Shown: positions 48,801-62,213 of the stretch, in pieces
Position numbering within the stretch: position 1 is the stretch's first letter
How the letters are laid out: every line of letters begins with the position of its first letter
NCBI GenBank assembly: GCA_964106645.2
Contig: OZ067043.1
DNA length: 64,000 nt
Source: Podarcis pityusensis
Lineage: Eukaryota
Strand: one strand, 5' to 3'
Translations under genes and position numbers: made by a program
Notes under the pieces: model-generated
What the model was told of the DNA's origin: nothing
Seen by the model: the letters and a program-made list of their open reading frames with translations, nothing else
Databases searched by the model: none

Positions 48801-51800
48801 CAAGCCAGGGACAAAGCTCCACTAAGACTGGAGAGAAACAGCATCTGGCTCAGATTGTCAGGATCCAATTTCCAGCAAAAAATGAAAAATGAGCTGCATT
48901 TTGTGCATTTTAGCTGTTATTTATGTCACCTTAGTTTGCATTGCAGAAAGAGTAGGAAGGAAAAGAGACAGTAGTGAGGAACACTGCTCACTGTTTCATA
49001 AGAACCTAAGATCTCTGCAAGATTAGACCAAAAGTCTATCCAGTCCAGCACCCTGTTTCTTCCAACAGATGCCAGCCAACAGTCTCCAGAAAGCCCACAA
49101 GCAAAGCACAAAGATTTAACCTGCTGTATGCTTCCAGCAACTTATACAAAGAGCTGGCACGCTTCCAAACATGGATTAACATTTTGTTGTCCTAACTATT
49201 CATAGAGCTATTAAACTAGGACTATCTAATATCCATCCAAAATCATCTTAAGGGCCAGACTAAATGCAGTACCATTTACAATATTAGCAGATGTGTTTAT
49301 ATTTTTAAAGAATAAATAACAGGCCGCCTGCCAGGACGGTTCCAATCCAGATCATGGTCTTGATCTACTATTTGTATTGGAATAAAGCCCCCATTCACAC
49401 TTATCATTTCAGAAACCTGGCTCAATAAATCACAGGTGACAATAGTACAATTCCTTCTCCCTCCTCAGCACCAGTCTCTTAAATTAGAATCAGTACAGCC
49501 TCATGCTATCTCCTCCTCCACTGCCATCACTAACCTCTGACCTTTTTCCTTCCCTCTGTGCAACTTAAATGTTCAGTATAGCATTTAAAAAACATGCCTC
49601 TTGTGCTGTACATCTGTTATAGTAATAATTGTGTGGCAATTCAGAAGCTGAGAGTCTGCATCCGCCCACTCTCCATCTCATTAAGTATGAGGGGGTTTTT
49701 ATGCTTTCTCTAACCCAGGACCAGGATGGGGGACCATTGTCAATTGTCCTTCAGGTGTAGATATGCTGCAGTCAAGTTGACTATTAAGACTGCACAGCCT
49801 GACCCATGATATTTGCCCATGAAATACAAGGAGTCTTGCATGACTTGAGCTGTATGCCCTAGCTCATCCCTCTCTGCAGCCTGCTCACTACTGACTATTA
49901 TGAGAACCCACATGGTATGCATTGCTTCAGATGGTTTCCTATAGGTGACTAAATTCAAAAGCCACAGGGAGCAGAACAAGGAAAAAGCAGCACTTACCTT
50001 GCAAACTTCAGCTTCAGAACTCCTGCTGTATCAAGCAAAGGTCTACTGTTGTGCCTTAGCTAATTTATACCAATTGGATACACCTGCTGGGGTTGCAGTG
50101 AAACAAGAAGCAATGTTATTGCAGGTGGAAAAGCAGCTGCCTTAGTCTCAGCAGGATTCTAGAAGACAGTGCTTTAGCTATTGCTCGTGTTATCAAAAGT
50201 CGCCACCCAATATTCAAGAGGTTTCTCTCTATTTAGCAACCTTATTTTTATGACCACCCATCAACATACATTCTCTGTACAGTTTACAGAATGAAGAATA
50301 CAATATTAATATGTAATGTGATTAAAGTGAAACAATTAAAACAGCTAAATGCAGCCTTTGAAAAACCTATTAGCAGCCTTAAAAAAAACCTATCGTTTGC
50401 AGCTGCTGCAGCAGCAGCAAAGCCAGCAAGTGGAAGTGTGAGCAGGTTCAAACCCCTAGCTAAGCATTATCAGTTCTCTCTTCCAGTTTAGCTCATGCAC
50501 TGAGAGATTAGCTATTAGTGAGCATGATTTGTATATGCAAAGTGGCACTGTTCTGAAACTATTCTAAACCCCCTCACTGAAAAGTCACCTCCTGGTATGG
50601 AAAATTGGATGTGGTGCCTTTCTGTTTAGCTGTTCAACTGTTACATTTACACATAGATGTACTATTAGTTCCAAAAGCAAAACCTAATAACTGACAGTGC
50701 AATCATATGTTTATTCAATAGAGCTGATTCCTTGGTAAATGTGCAAAAGACTGCAGCTTGGATGATTTTGTTAAGAGAGCAAGCATCTGAAAATTGTGAG
50801 TTTATTGGTACAGCTCACTCAGTTAAATAATTAATCATATGTTTTGTCAGCTCATCTATTATATTTGTATATGAGTAAAAACAATAGTTCTAAAGCAAAC
50901 CCACCTACTTTTTTAGATGCATGACATCATTTTAGAAGAGACATTCTCTCCTGTCAGACTGAAAGCAGAAAATGTGCCCTAAGATTATGCTTGCCATCTA
51001 CCGTTTTCAATAACTACACGTATGTGTGTTTGTGTATTAATTTAATTCTGTTTAATTAATCACCCATTTCACCTAACTATTCCTTTGTCATTTTCAAACT
51101 CTCCCTTGCACACAGACCACCTCACACCGCATCCTCCTCTCTCCTATTCCACAGCTCCCCTTGCACACACACCCAGTGATGATATCTGTTACTTTATCTT
51201 TAATATTTATAGAATCTTAAGAGCAAGCCTGTCCATTAGCTTGTTCTGAGCTCATACAAGCATCCCAGAGCTGGTGTACTGAGCAGGCCTTGCCCCCCCA
51301 AGCAAGTCAGAGAGCTTAAGAGCTCGTTATACACAGGTTCCACCTGGGTTACCTGGCGCATAAAGAGCTTTTGAGCTCTCTGCCTTGGCCAGCTGTGCAA
51401 TGCTTGTGTGAGTTCGCATGCGAACTCAGATGGCTCTAGGATACTCATGCAAGATCTCACAGGCCCATCTGAATTCCTATGAGCTCTTGTAAGCACATTC
51501 CAAAGCAGGCACACTGAAAAGGCCTTGCCACCCAAGCAAGGCAGAGAGTTTAAAAACTCTTTATCCACCAAGTAACCTTAAGTGGACCTGGTGCAAAGAG
51601 AGATTTTAAGGTCTCTAGCTTGCTTGAATTTAACTTGTGCAATTTCAAACAGCCTGCCTTCAACTGCATATAGCTGAAATTGCACAAAGTAAATGTGCCT
51701 AAGATGCAATTTTACTGTATTCTGCTGATTGAGATCAGGCAACCCTATTGAACAGAGTTGGCCATTTATTAGCTGCAGGCTGTCCAATGTGCATGGACAG

Positions 51801-53643
51801 ACAAGGTTTTCCTATCAACTATGCACACTAGGTATCCTCCAACACTACATTTCTACCCATCTGTAAAGCTAAGTTAACCATGACTTACTTCAAAGAACTG
51901 CTGTGAATATATATGGGATAACTATTATAAATTATTTGCCACACTAGACATGTGATAATGTTTATCTACAGTTGGGACCTGCAACAAAACTGAAGTGGAG
52001 TGCATCTGTCTGGATTCTAGTCAGCCCCTCTCCAGTTTTCCATTTATTAAAAATCTCAGGAAATTATCCTTCTGTGGCCCCTGAGCTCTCCCCCCTTCTT
52101 ACAGGGGGATTTACTCATTTAAAAAAAATATATCTGAAAACCTTGTGGTTTCTCTGAGCCTGCTGATACTTCCCTCCTGTGTGTGGATGGTGCTGTTCTG
52201 GCTACATAAGAGTCTACACTGAGTTTGACATTAGAATATACTAGGATACCAGACTGCCTGTCTGGTAGAATTAAACTGAGGAAGATGAGATTTGGTGACA
52301 AAATAAGTAACTCTGAGCTCTTGATAACCAAGTTTAGCTTCCATATTCCATATGTCCACTTATTATTTCTCAGGAGTTTAGATGTTCTCCATTTTTTGCT
52401 AATTCCCACTTTATGTCTGCTCAGGTAAGGCAAGCAGCTGTGAGAGGAGGCATTTTACCTCACCTGCAAATTGGTCCCAGTGGGGCTCAGTGGATGCTAG
52501 ATTTTGTTCTGCCCAGATGCAGGGAGAATAATTAGAATAAGCTTATTACTCCCCAGGTCTGAACAATTTCCTTTCATTTTCATATTTTGCATACACCTGA
52601 AAGGAATGTAGATAAATAAGTAAGTAAATAAATTGAAATGTGTAGAGGAAATAATGGACCCACAGTCTTGGGGCCTATTTTCAAAATGCTTGTTTTTAGT
52701 CCTGAAGTGTACTATGGTTCTCTGGATTCTTTATGCAGGGCAAGCCATCAATGCTTCCAGAAAAGCTGTACATGCATCCTTCTTCTGTTGCTTTAATGAC
52801 TGGCTTAGTACAGCAGCAGAGTACTAACATGCTAATTATTTTTGGCAAGTAGAAAATTGCTTGGGGGTGGTGAAAATCCACTATCCAGCCATGAAACTGA
52901 AACTCTTCTATCTACCACTAGTCTTATCTATAAATGACTGTTCTTCAATCAGATAGCAATTCCAAACGAGATAGCAAAATATTAAGAGAATAGCCCATCC
53001 TGGAGAGATCAGGTCAGAATGAGAAGATCCACTGCTGGCTAGCTGAATCCATTTCAAGCCTTCTCCTCTATTTATTCAGTGCACAGTGACAGCCTGTCTA
53101 AATAAACTATTGATGAGAGGAAGAGTGGGGCATACATTAATGTAATGAACAATAAATGGTGTGAACCACAAGAAAGTCTAATGAACATGCCAGATTTCAA
53201 GCTCACTACCACCATTTTGGATGCAGTGACCTAAAAGTGTTAGGAATACATTTTCTGAATTCAACACAGATGTTCTACTTGATCTGAAGTATTTAGCAGC
53301 TACCACCCCTGAATACCATTTCTGTGATGAATTCACTTGCCACCGGTCTGCAGTTCTGCTCTGACAGCAGCAATAAATGAACCTCACAACACTAAATAAT
53401 AAAGCACTATCCTATCCCATCCTTTCTTCAAAGATTGCCTTCACTTTATTCACTGGGGTCATGGCTAGAGCAAAGGCTCCATGAGTTAAGGCTTTTATAT
53501 ATATATATAAAAAGTGAGGACAAATGTGTGGCATTTCAAGAGAAAGATGGGAGGGTAAAGTACTCCTTGGATTACTAAGCCAGGGGAGGCTCATGTCTCT
53601 AAAAAGCAAGTCAGCAAATTGAAGCAAGTTCAAAGATGTTATC

Positions 53644-53965
53644 AGAATCATAGAATCATAGAGTTGGAAGAGACCACAAGGGCCATCGAGTCCAACCCCC
53701 TGCCAAGCAGGAAACACCATCAGAGCACTCCTGACATATGGTTGTCAAGCCTCTGCTTAAAGACCTCCAAAGAAGGAGACTCCACCACACTCCTTGGCAG
53801 CAAATTCCACTGTCGAACAGCTCTTACTGTCAGGAAGTTCTTCCTAATGTTTAGGTGGAATCTTCTTTCTTGTAGTTTGGATCCATTGCTCCGTGTCCGC
53901 TTCTCTGGAGCAGCAGAAAACAACCTTTCTCCCTCCTCTATGTGACATCCTTTTATATATTTGAA
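53644..53965 (-). mobile_element. Young CR1 LINE 3' fragment
   Basis: (ATTCTATG)n tail; intact peptide FKYIKGCH...RTRSNGSKLQERRFHLNIRKNFLTVRAVRQWNLLPRSVVESPSLEVFKQRLD. Confidence 0.92.
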
Positions 53966-55219
53966 GTTTAGTTCAACTTTTATATATCAGAAGTTTAGTT
54001 CAACTGGAGTTTTGCTCATGCCCCACAAATATGTGCTTATATCAACTTCACTCTGAGCGCATAGCACTAGTGCAGGTAATCAGAAACAAATCAAGCTAAA
54101 TATACTCCCATCAGGGGAAGTTATGGTACTCCCACCCAGTATCCAGAGTTACTACAGTATATGGGAATAATCCCACAATAATCAGTATGTGTAATGGATC
54201 ACTTAAGTGGGCAAGATTAAAGTGCTCAGAATGAAAGTGCTCCCCCATTTTATGTATGTCTTGAGAGGAATTTCTCAGTACTTTTCACAACAATATTCTA
54301 AATGAATCAATATTTTGTAAGGTTCTCAATGGCTTCCTCCCCTCAGCTATCCCTCCAAATAATGCAGTTACCAACAGATGAAGCGGGGGTATTGGTGTTG
54401 CATTTCCTTATCTGGAACTGCACCATAGAGTACACCTGTTGGTGGGACTCAATTGCTACAGGGATTTGCCATTTTTAATCTTTTTATGTGCTCTCTTACT
54501 AAGGTGTCCTCAGATCTAAGCACAGCCAGGGAGGGCTGGCACCCTACTGTTCATCTTAGCTGCATGAAAAGTCTTGGGACAGATTAACAATGACATTTTA
54601 TGCACGCCCTGGGGAAACCCTTGTTTAAAAATGGGAAGTTGTACATTTATCTTGGCAGGGGTAGAGCGCTGGTCAAGTTAAACCAGTTAACTGATATTTT
54701 GTCCTCTTTTCAGATCTGAGGAAAAACTGTGGCTTACTGATAACCACAAATTGGCAAAGCATTCAGTTGCACAACCTCCTGATTTTTGTATTTGGCCCTG
54801 CGGTCCTTAAAACATCTGAATCTTCTACTGCGTTGGGAACCGAAGTCCACCATTCTGCATCTGTAAAGTGGTCTCCAACAGAAATAGGAGTATGAGGCTT
54901 CTCTTATGTCTGCCAGAATAGCTGATAATGTTTTACTGATTGCATTACCTGGGCAGTCTGACCATTCTTTTGAGATGGTAAATACTTTAGTTCTTGCATC
55001 TAGGTCACTGGCCCACCCTATTCATACATAAATATGCCCTTAAGGCAAGATTTGAAAGCGAAAGAACTATTGGGGAAGTGTTCTCCAAGATATCTCCTTT
55101 TGTAGAGGAAATATTTGGAGTAATGAGGAGAGCCAGAGATGGCTTTTTGTGATTGTTCTGTGTGCTAAAATAATGTGTAATTTTCTCAGGGAATATTTCC
55201 TAAATTTTGATGGATGAAG

Positions 55220-55371
55220 CATGGGCATAGGCAAGGGGGTGCGGGGGGCAGGGAGGGGCAGTTGCCCCCCTTAAATCAATATAACTCAATAAAAATACAT
55301 AGCAAACTGAGGTTCTGCGCCCCCCAACAAAAGGCATGTCCCCCCTAACAAAAATCCTAGCTACGCCCATG
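55220..55371. mobile_element. hAT-like MITE
   Basis: TIRs CATGGGCATAG / CTACGCCCATG; TSD not recognisable. Confidence 0.6.
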
Positions 55372-56383
55372 AGTTCAATCTTCTGACTTGAAATTGGGTG
55401 TCCCAATTTCAAGGCTTTGTTCCCCTCTCACAGTGCTGCCCTGGCAGTGAGTGAGAATGGCAACAGCAGATCGCAGAGGCCACGCAGGGCCTGAGACTTA
55501 CCTGCCATCCACGCAGTGGATTGGACTCTCCAAGGTTGGTTCTTTGGATCAGATCTGCATGGATTTTGCCTCTCTTCCCCTCGCAGTTTGGTGATCTGCA
55601 AGCTTGATGGTCCGGCCTGATGATGTCATTCACCAGGGCACCTTCGAGAGAGACGGGGGGGGCAGGGATTAAAAGGGCTGCAGTGCAGATTGGAGCTGGC
55701 AACGGCAATGGTTGAGTCCTGAGCAACTAGCAAGATGGATAAGAGAGCAGAGGGAAAGGGAACGAGGGCTGATGCCTAGTGCTAGGGTCTCATCCGGTTA
55801 TGTGTGAGGTAATGAAGAGATGGCAGTAGTGCCTCTGAGCATGTACTGAGTAAGTGTGCACCTATTTCCTCCACCACCCTTTCCCCCCAGTCAGAAACAC
55901 CTTGCATTCCTCAGATGAAAATGTCCTGATTTTCATCTGAGTGATGTTGGAAGGTATGAATTATTAGTGTTTTATTACTTCCTTTTCTCTCCATCTCCTA
56001 GCTATCACTCTGCCCAAGCCTTTTGTATTCAAACATTTCCCTGATACATCTGGGCCTCCATTTCACCCTGCCATATCCCTAAAAACACTCTTATGCAGAA
56101 ACAGTAGCCCCCCCCTCCATCTAGCCCTGCCACTATAATGAAGTGTAAGCTACTGACCCAGGCCTCAGGCATTAGTTGCCAATAGGGAGCATGTGTTTGT
56201 GAAACATGTGAATGGAGACATGTGCACTAGGAAAAATATATTCCCAGCCCTTCCAAATGCTCTATTATTCTCATGCTGAATTGAGACCTGACCAAGGGTC
56301 AATTCTCATATAATGAGTGTGGCACCATTGCTGCTTCCCATACCGCTTTAACACAGGCAGGACATGCTAAAACAGGCTAATAC

Positions 56384-58231
56384 TGTCAGGTGTGCATGCA
56401 GGAGCCAGGCCCTGTGACCAATAGGACTCTGCAGGACTGGAGCCTTCCTAAGTTGGATACTAGCCCGGTGCCTTTGGGACTGGGGGGTGCGCTGCCTGAT
56501 GTCCGGGATGGGTGTGTGTATCATCGCAGCCGGCTCTAAATTCCAGAGGGGCTGCTCCGGACCCAGGTCCTTGAGCAGTGCCATGATGCGTGAACTGCCG
56601 GACATGGGGGATACGCGAAGACACTGCAGCTATTGGCCTGAGCTTTCTGGTAGCCAGGGGTTCGGGCGGACATTAAGAAGTACGTGCGGTCCTGTGAGAC
56701 TTTTGATCGGACCAAGGTGCCACGGCAGAGACCCTTGGGGCTCCTCCAGCCATTACCCCCCCCCCCCACAGGCCATGGTCAACACTTTCTATGGACTTCA
56801 TCGTGGACCTCCCTGTGTCCAAAGGACAGTTGGTCATTCTGGTGGTGGTGGATTCACTCACCAAGATGGCACACTTCATCCCAGCTCTAAGCCTCCCCAC
56901 AGCGCAACAGACAGCCCACTTGTTTCTTGAACCCATGTTCCGGCTACATGGGCTCCCAGATGCGGTGATCTCCGACAGGGGTCCCCAGTTCATGTCCCAG
57001 TTCTGGGCGGCCTTCCTCAAGGGACTGAGTATTGAGAGGCGCCTCTCTTCCGCATACCACCCTCAAACACCTGGCCAGACGGAGAGGGTTAATCAAGTCC
57101 TGGAGCAATATCTCCACTGGTTCCTGAGCTATCATCAGGATGATTGGGTGGACCTTCTGCCACTGGCTGAGTTTGCCTATAACAACACCTGCCATGCCTC
57201 CACGGGACAGAGCCCTTTCTACGCTAACTACCGGCGGTGTCTCTTGTGCCTTCCGCCAATGATCGGGTCTCCCACATCCAGGAAACACAAGCTGACCTGA
57301 TACGGCACCTAGCGAGAGCCAAGGCAGATTATAAGGCGCAAGCGGATTGACAGCGCCAGCAGGGGCCCACGTTCCAGGTTGGGGATAAGGTCTGGCTGTC
57401 GTTGGAGCACCACCGCACTGGACGTCCGTCGGCTAAGGTGGACCAGGGACCATTCACCACCCTGCAGCAGATCAATCCGGTCGCCTACAAGTTGGAACTT
57501 CCCCCCTCCCTGAAGATCCACCCAGTGTTTCACGTATCCCAGCTGAAGCATTGCCCCACCGCCAGTCCAGGTTGACGGCCATGATGAGTTCCAGGTCGCC
57601 CAGATTCTGGACTCGAAATGGCTCCGTGGCAAGCTCTACTGTCTAATTGACTGGGTGGGCTACGGGCCAGAGGAACAATCGTGGGAGCCGGCCGACTTAG
57701 TGCACATGCCCACCAAAGTACGGGCCTTCCATCGGAGGTTCCCAGACAAGCCTGGGCCATGGCCGGGGATGGAACCCCATTTTCCTATGGGGGGGGAGTA
57801 CTGTCAGGTGTGCGTGCAAGAGCCAGGCCCTGTGACAATAGGACTCTGCAGGACTGGGGCCTTCCTAAGTTTGTTCTGAAGAGGCAAGGCGCGGCCACAC
57901 AGATGAGGCCAATTGGTAACTCACAGCACCTGGTGGCAAGAGCAGGGAAGGGATATAAGGTCAGCATTTTCCCTTCAGCTCTTTGCCACAACAACACGTT
58001 CCCTGCCTTTCTGCGTTTGACTCCTTGACTCTCGGACCCTTGACTTTGTGACTCCTTGCTTCCTGACCGTCGGACGTTTGGCTTCTTGACTCCCGGATCT
58101 CTAACCCTAGGAATCTAGGCTTTCTGACTCCTGTCTTCTGGACTCCCGTTCCTGCTCCCACCCCGCTATCTTGCCCCCGGTCCCAACATCCCCAGCCGGG
58201 ACTTTGATCGCCCGTGAACCGGACCGTGACA
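56384..58231 (+). mobile_element. Gypsy/Ty3 chromovirus-type LTR retrotransposon, deleted and decayed
   Basis: TGTCA...TGACA termini, 5-bp TSD AATAC (56379-56383, 58232-58236), PPT at 57789-57801, 3' LTR 57802-58231, 5' LTR remnant 56384-56454. Confidence 0.93.
56455..57790 (+). pseudogene. Integrase (HHCC + DDE core) and C-terminal chromodomain remnant of the Gypsy element
   Basis: CHDA*TAGHGG..., MDFIVDLP...ISDRGPQF...YHPQTPGQTERVNQ, IHPVFHVSQLK, and EFQVAQILDSKW...WVGYGPEEQSWEP; multiple stops and frameshifts. Confidence 0.9.
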
Positions 58232-58510
58232 AATACCATAAAATTGGCTTTTGGGTGTTCTGCCCCAGAGTCTTACCAGGTAATAACTCACAGAACCTCT
58301 CTATCTGCTTAGGAATTTTTCAGATGTAGCTTCTACATCCCTGCTCTTCGCAAAATATTATCTTCCTCACACTTTCCATCTCCTATGGAACAGCACAAAC
58401 ATCCTGCTTGTTTAAGTAGGCAGGAGAGGAGAATGGGTGCAAGAGCCAGGGGAAGAATGGGATGGTGAATCTGCATTCCCCTTGTGATTGAAGGAGAAAG
58501 AAGAGTATTC

Positions 58511-59117
58511 TAGACCCTCCAAGTGTCCCTATTTTCCAGGGACAGTCCCGCATTTACAGAAGTCATCCTGGTTTCTGATTTTATCCCTGAATGTTCCACT
58601 TTTCCTTAGGATGTCCCTATTTTAATCGGATAAATGTTGGCAGCTATGGAGTTATGCAACCCCCCAAGCCAAGAAGATAAGTAACTATACAGCTTTTAGA
58701 AGATATTGGAAGGCAGCCATGTATAGGGAAGTTCTTAACCTGAGGTACCACTTTAGTTAATGGGGCCTCCCGCTACCGCCGTGCGATTTCTGTTCTCATC
58801 CTGTAGCAAAGTTCTTAACCCAAGGTACTATTTCTGGGTTAGCAGAGTCTGTAACCTGAAGCGTCTGTAACCCAAGACCTCAGTTTAAGAACAGCCCTGT
58901 TTACAAACTATTCAGTTTACGAACTCCACAAAACCGGAAGTAGTGTCCCGGTTTGCAAACTTTACCTCGGTCTAAGAATGGAAGCCGAAGGGTGGAAGGG
59001 CACTGGTGGCGGGAGGCCACATTAGGGAAAGCGCACCTCGGTTTAAGAACGTGTTCGGTTTAAGAACAGACTTCTGGAACGGATTAAGTTTGTAAACCAA
59101 GGTACTGTACCACTGTA
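58511..59117. mobile_element. Composite of three truncated DNA-transposon MITEs (hAT-like + two Tigger-like)
   Basis: 58511-58728 has TGTCCC-rich subterminal repeats; 58729-58875 is the reverse complement of the 44611 family; 58876-59117 is a related family ending GTACCACTG-TA. Confidence 0.7.
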
Positions 59118-59942
59118 CTGAGAAGGAGCAAAGAGTGTTACAATATCACAGGTTTCTTTTGCTATGACATACCACATAATAAAGATGCATGAGACCAAGA
59201 ATAATGGCACAATCCAGCTCATTCTAACTTTAAATCTGTAAATGCCTGAGTCACATATACACTCCTTCTTATTCAAGCATTTTAACAATTTTGCACTTAA
59301 TGTACAAGGAAAAATACCATCAAATAATTCAGTCCACTACTTTAACATGTTCTTGAATAAAAGGCCCAGTTTAGTTGCATGTTTCCCAATATTCACATAC
59401 CACTGAAACATCCTCTTCTCTCCCTTCCAGATCACCCTTTTTAGCATGCTTTAGCTGAATCTGTGCAGCCTCTTTTCAATCTTTCTTTCAATCTTTCAGT
59501 CTTTGTTTTCCTCACTTCTATAATGTTTCATTCCTTTCATATTTTTTAGCTTTTTCTCACTCCCTCTTGATTCTCTTAATGTCTTCTGCATTTTATCTGT
59601 AGTTTGCCTTCTGCATTCATACCTAATGCAATTGCACTCTTAGAAATTCTCTCTAGCAGCATATCTGAGACACTTTGAAGGTAAATTACATCTATAAAGC
59701 AAGGTCCCTGGAGACTTTAATAGCCCATTTCTCTTCTATTAGACTGAATAGAAATACTCATGAGCAAGTAAAAGCGACCACTTCCTTTCACAAATAATTC
59801 AGCATTCTACCTCAGGGGCTGTGGGGCAAAGAGGGAACCAGAAATGGATGTACCCACAAATTTACATTGCTCTAATCATCTCACAAGACTGATAACACAA
59901 ATCCCCAACAATGGCTGTTTATGAAAGTACTTTGTACCTGCT

Positions 59943-60407
59943 CAGTGGCATAGCTAGCCGCTTGGGTGCCCGGGGAGCAGGGCGAGCTGCCCATGGGAGC
60001 GGGGTGAGCCATCCATGGGGCAGGGCAAGTCGCCTATTGGGGGGGCAAGCCAAGGCAGGGTGCGCTGCATGGAGCCTCTCAACTGTAGGGTGGCTGAGAC
60101 GGCGGGCAGATGCAAGCCCCATGCTGCTGTTTCAGGCAGCGCCTGGAGCCTGCAGGCACCCAAGCCACCACGTCACTCCCAGGAGAGACGCACAGCTCGG
60201 GCATGCTGCAGGCCCCGCGGTAAGCGCCGGCCCCCGCGGTGTGGCGCCCAGTGCCAGCCGCGTTTCGTTGCGTTTGTTGACTGAACTAAAAAGTTTAGTG
60301 AGCCCAATTTAAAAAAAAAACCTCACATTTTTGTCATTTTGTCACCCTCCTCAATGATGACACCCGGAACAGCCCACACCCATCACACACCCCTTTCTAC
60401 GCCACTG
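59943..60407. mobile_element. GC-rich hAT-like non-autonomous transposon
   Basis: TIRs CAGTGGCATAG / CTACGCCACTG; degenerate 8-bp TSD TACCTGCT / TACTTACT. Confidence 0.75.
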
Positions 60408-61293
60408 TACTTACTTATATGTCTGGCAGGCTGGGCAACAAATAGCCCATGGCTTACATACAACACAAGTAACAGCCAGAGCTCCTGTTATTATCCCAAG
60501 AATGCCAAACTTCATTTTTCTAAAAGTCACATTCTAGTCCTCATGGTTAAAGAGAAAAGATGGAACATGTGATGTTAATAAAAAGTAAAGAATCTGAAAC
60601 ATTAAACAAAAAGGCTGCAAGTCATTTGTACTTATGCTCTAGTGATTTTTAAATTCCTCCATTTTTAAGATCAGAGGATTTCACCACCACAGCCATTCTT
60701 TACAACCAGGCTCATTCACATAAAGAAGGCATCCTGCAGCATTTCCTCACTGAAGCTGTCACATAAGCCACTGTTCCAGCACTGTAGTCTGGTATAATAG
60801 TGGCTCTTGCATTCTGGAAATGTTAGTGACCTGAAGCTACAATTGCAGTTCACCTATGAGCTATTTCTCTGAAAGTGAGGTCTGGTTTGTCATTTGCCTC
60901 TCTCACTCTCCTTTGGTGTGGGAGTAGTTGTGTTTTCCCAAGGCAAATCCACAACTGATCTGTTCTTCCCAAATCAGAAGTAAATGTGCAAAGGTACAAA
61001 ATGGCATAGTCTGTTAGCTAGATGTCCTTTAGGCATCATCGGGAGAAAATATTCTTGGTATAGTGTAGGCCATTTTTGTGGGGGCGTGGGGATGTTCATG
61101 AAAGTGAAAGAACACCACTTATAGCCTATAGCTTCCAGCTAAAACCACTCCAATGTCAATCATTTAGGACTGACAACCTTTTAGAACCTGTCAGCACAAT
61201 TGGAGATTTTGGCAAGAGTGACCTGGGCACCAGCCATTCTGATAGGTCTTCCCCCTCCTGCAACTCCCCCCCCCCCCGAAAGACGAAATGTGT

Positions 61294-61296
<3 letters not shown>

Positions 61297-61327
<31 letters not shown>
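61297..61327. repeat. (CA)n microsatellite
   Basis: Read directly. Confidence 0.95.
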
Positions 61328-61329
<2 letters not shown>

Positions 61330-61583
61330 TAATCCAGATTGTTGCACCATGGCAGTGCTGAAAAGCACTGAATATATAATTTTTACAATTAAGTAAATTA
61401 AGGCAAATGTGATTTGTGATTTGAAGCCAGAGGTCCATTTGCTTATCTGTGCCCGTAAAGCTAAAAAAAAACAAAAAACAACAGAAATTTGGGTTTGCAC
61501 AAGAGCAGTTCAAGCCAGGAAAGGATTTGGAGTTGTTCCCATGCCAATTTGTTTCTTCCCCATTACCTTTCACACCTCTTGTA

Positions 61584-61930
61584 AGGTAAAGGTAAAGGGA
61601 CCCCCAACCATTAGGTCCAGTCATGACCTACTCTGGGGTTGCAGCGCTCATCTCGCTTTATTGGCTGAGGGAGCCGGCGTACAGCTTCCAGATCATGTGG
61701 CCAGCATGACTAAGCTGCTTCTGGCAAACCAGAGCAGTGCACGGAAGCACCGTTTACCTTCCCACCGGAGCAGAACCTATTTATCTACTTGCACTTTGAC
61801 GTGCTTTCGAACTGCTAGGTTGGCAGGAGCAGGGACCGAGCAACGGGAGCTCACGGCGTTGCGGAGATTCGAACCGCAGACCTTCTGATCGGCAAGTCCT
61901 AGGTTTAACCTACAGCGCCACCCGCAACCC
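61584..61930 (-). mobile_element. Sauria SINE, full length, second subfamily
   Basis: Same architecture as 19595-19957; 13-bp TSD CACACCTCTTGTA (61571-61583, 61931-61943). Confidence 0.92.
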
Positions 61931-62079
61931 CACACCTCTTGTACTGCTAGGCTAATTTTTATTTTTAAATGTTTTTGTGCAAGAGGAATTCTGTGAAAAG
62001 GAGCTGCTTAACAAAATTAAGATACACATAAAGGACAGTCTGCATCCTTTCCTTTGGGTTGACAGAAACAAAAAGTGGC

Positions 62080-62213
62080 TTGTTGTTGTTGTTTAGTCGT
62101 GTCTCACTCTTCGTGACTCCATGGACCAGAGCATGCCAGGCACTCCTGTCTTCCACTGCCTCCCGCAGTTTGGTCAAACTCAAGTTGGTAGCTTCGAGAA
62201 CACTGTCCAACCA
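62080..62213 (-). mobile_element. BovB-like RTE LINE 3' fragment
   Basis: Peptide LDSVLEATNLSLTKLREAVEDRSAWHALVHGVTKSETRL with a (CAA)n tail, resembling the BovB C-terminus. Confidence 0.85.

Noticed and set aside
54643-54675. U1 snRNA 5'-like TTATCTTGGCAGGGGTAGA
   Set aside because: Similarity is under 20 nt, with no downstream U1 stems or Sm site.
55409-55726. - strand ORF with a strong CAG|GTAAGT donor as an exon of a neighbouring gene
   Set aside because: No recognisable protein similarity or partner exons; KDM4A, the expected downstream neighbour in mammals, was not recognised in the window.
59911-60312. GC-rich ORFs or CpG-island promoter
   Set aside because: They lie inside a TIR-bounded hAT-like element and encode low-complexity peptides.
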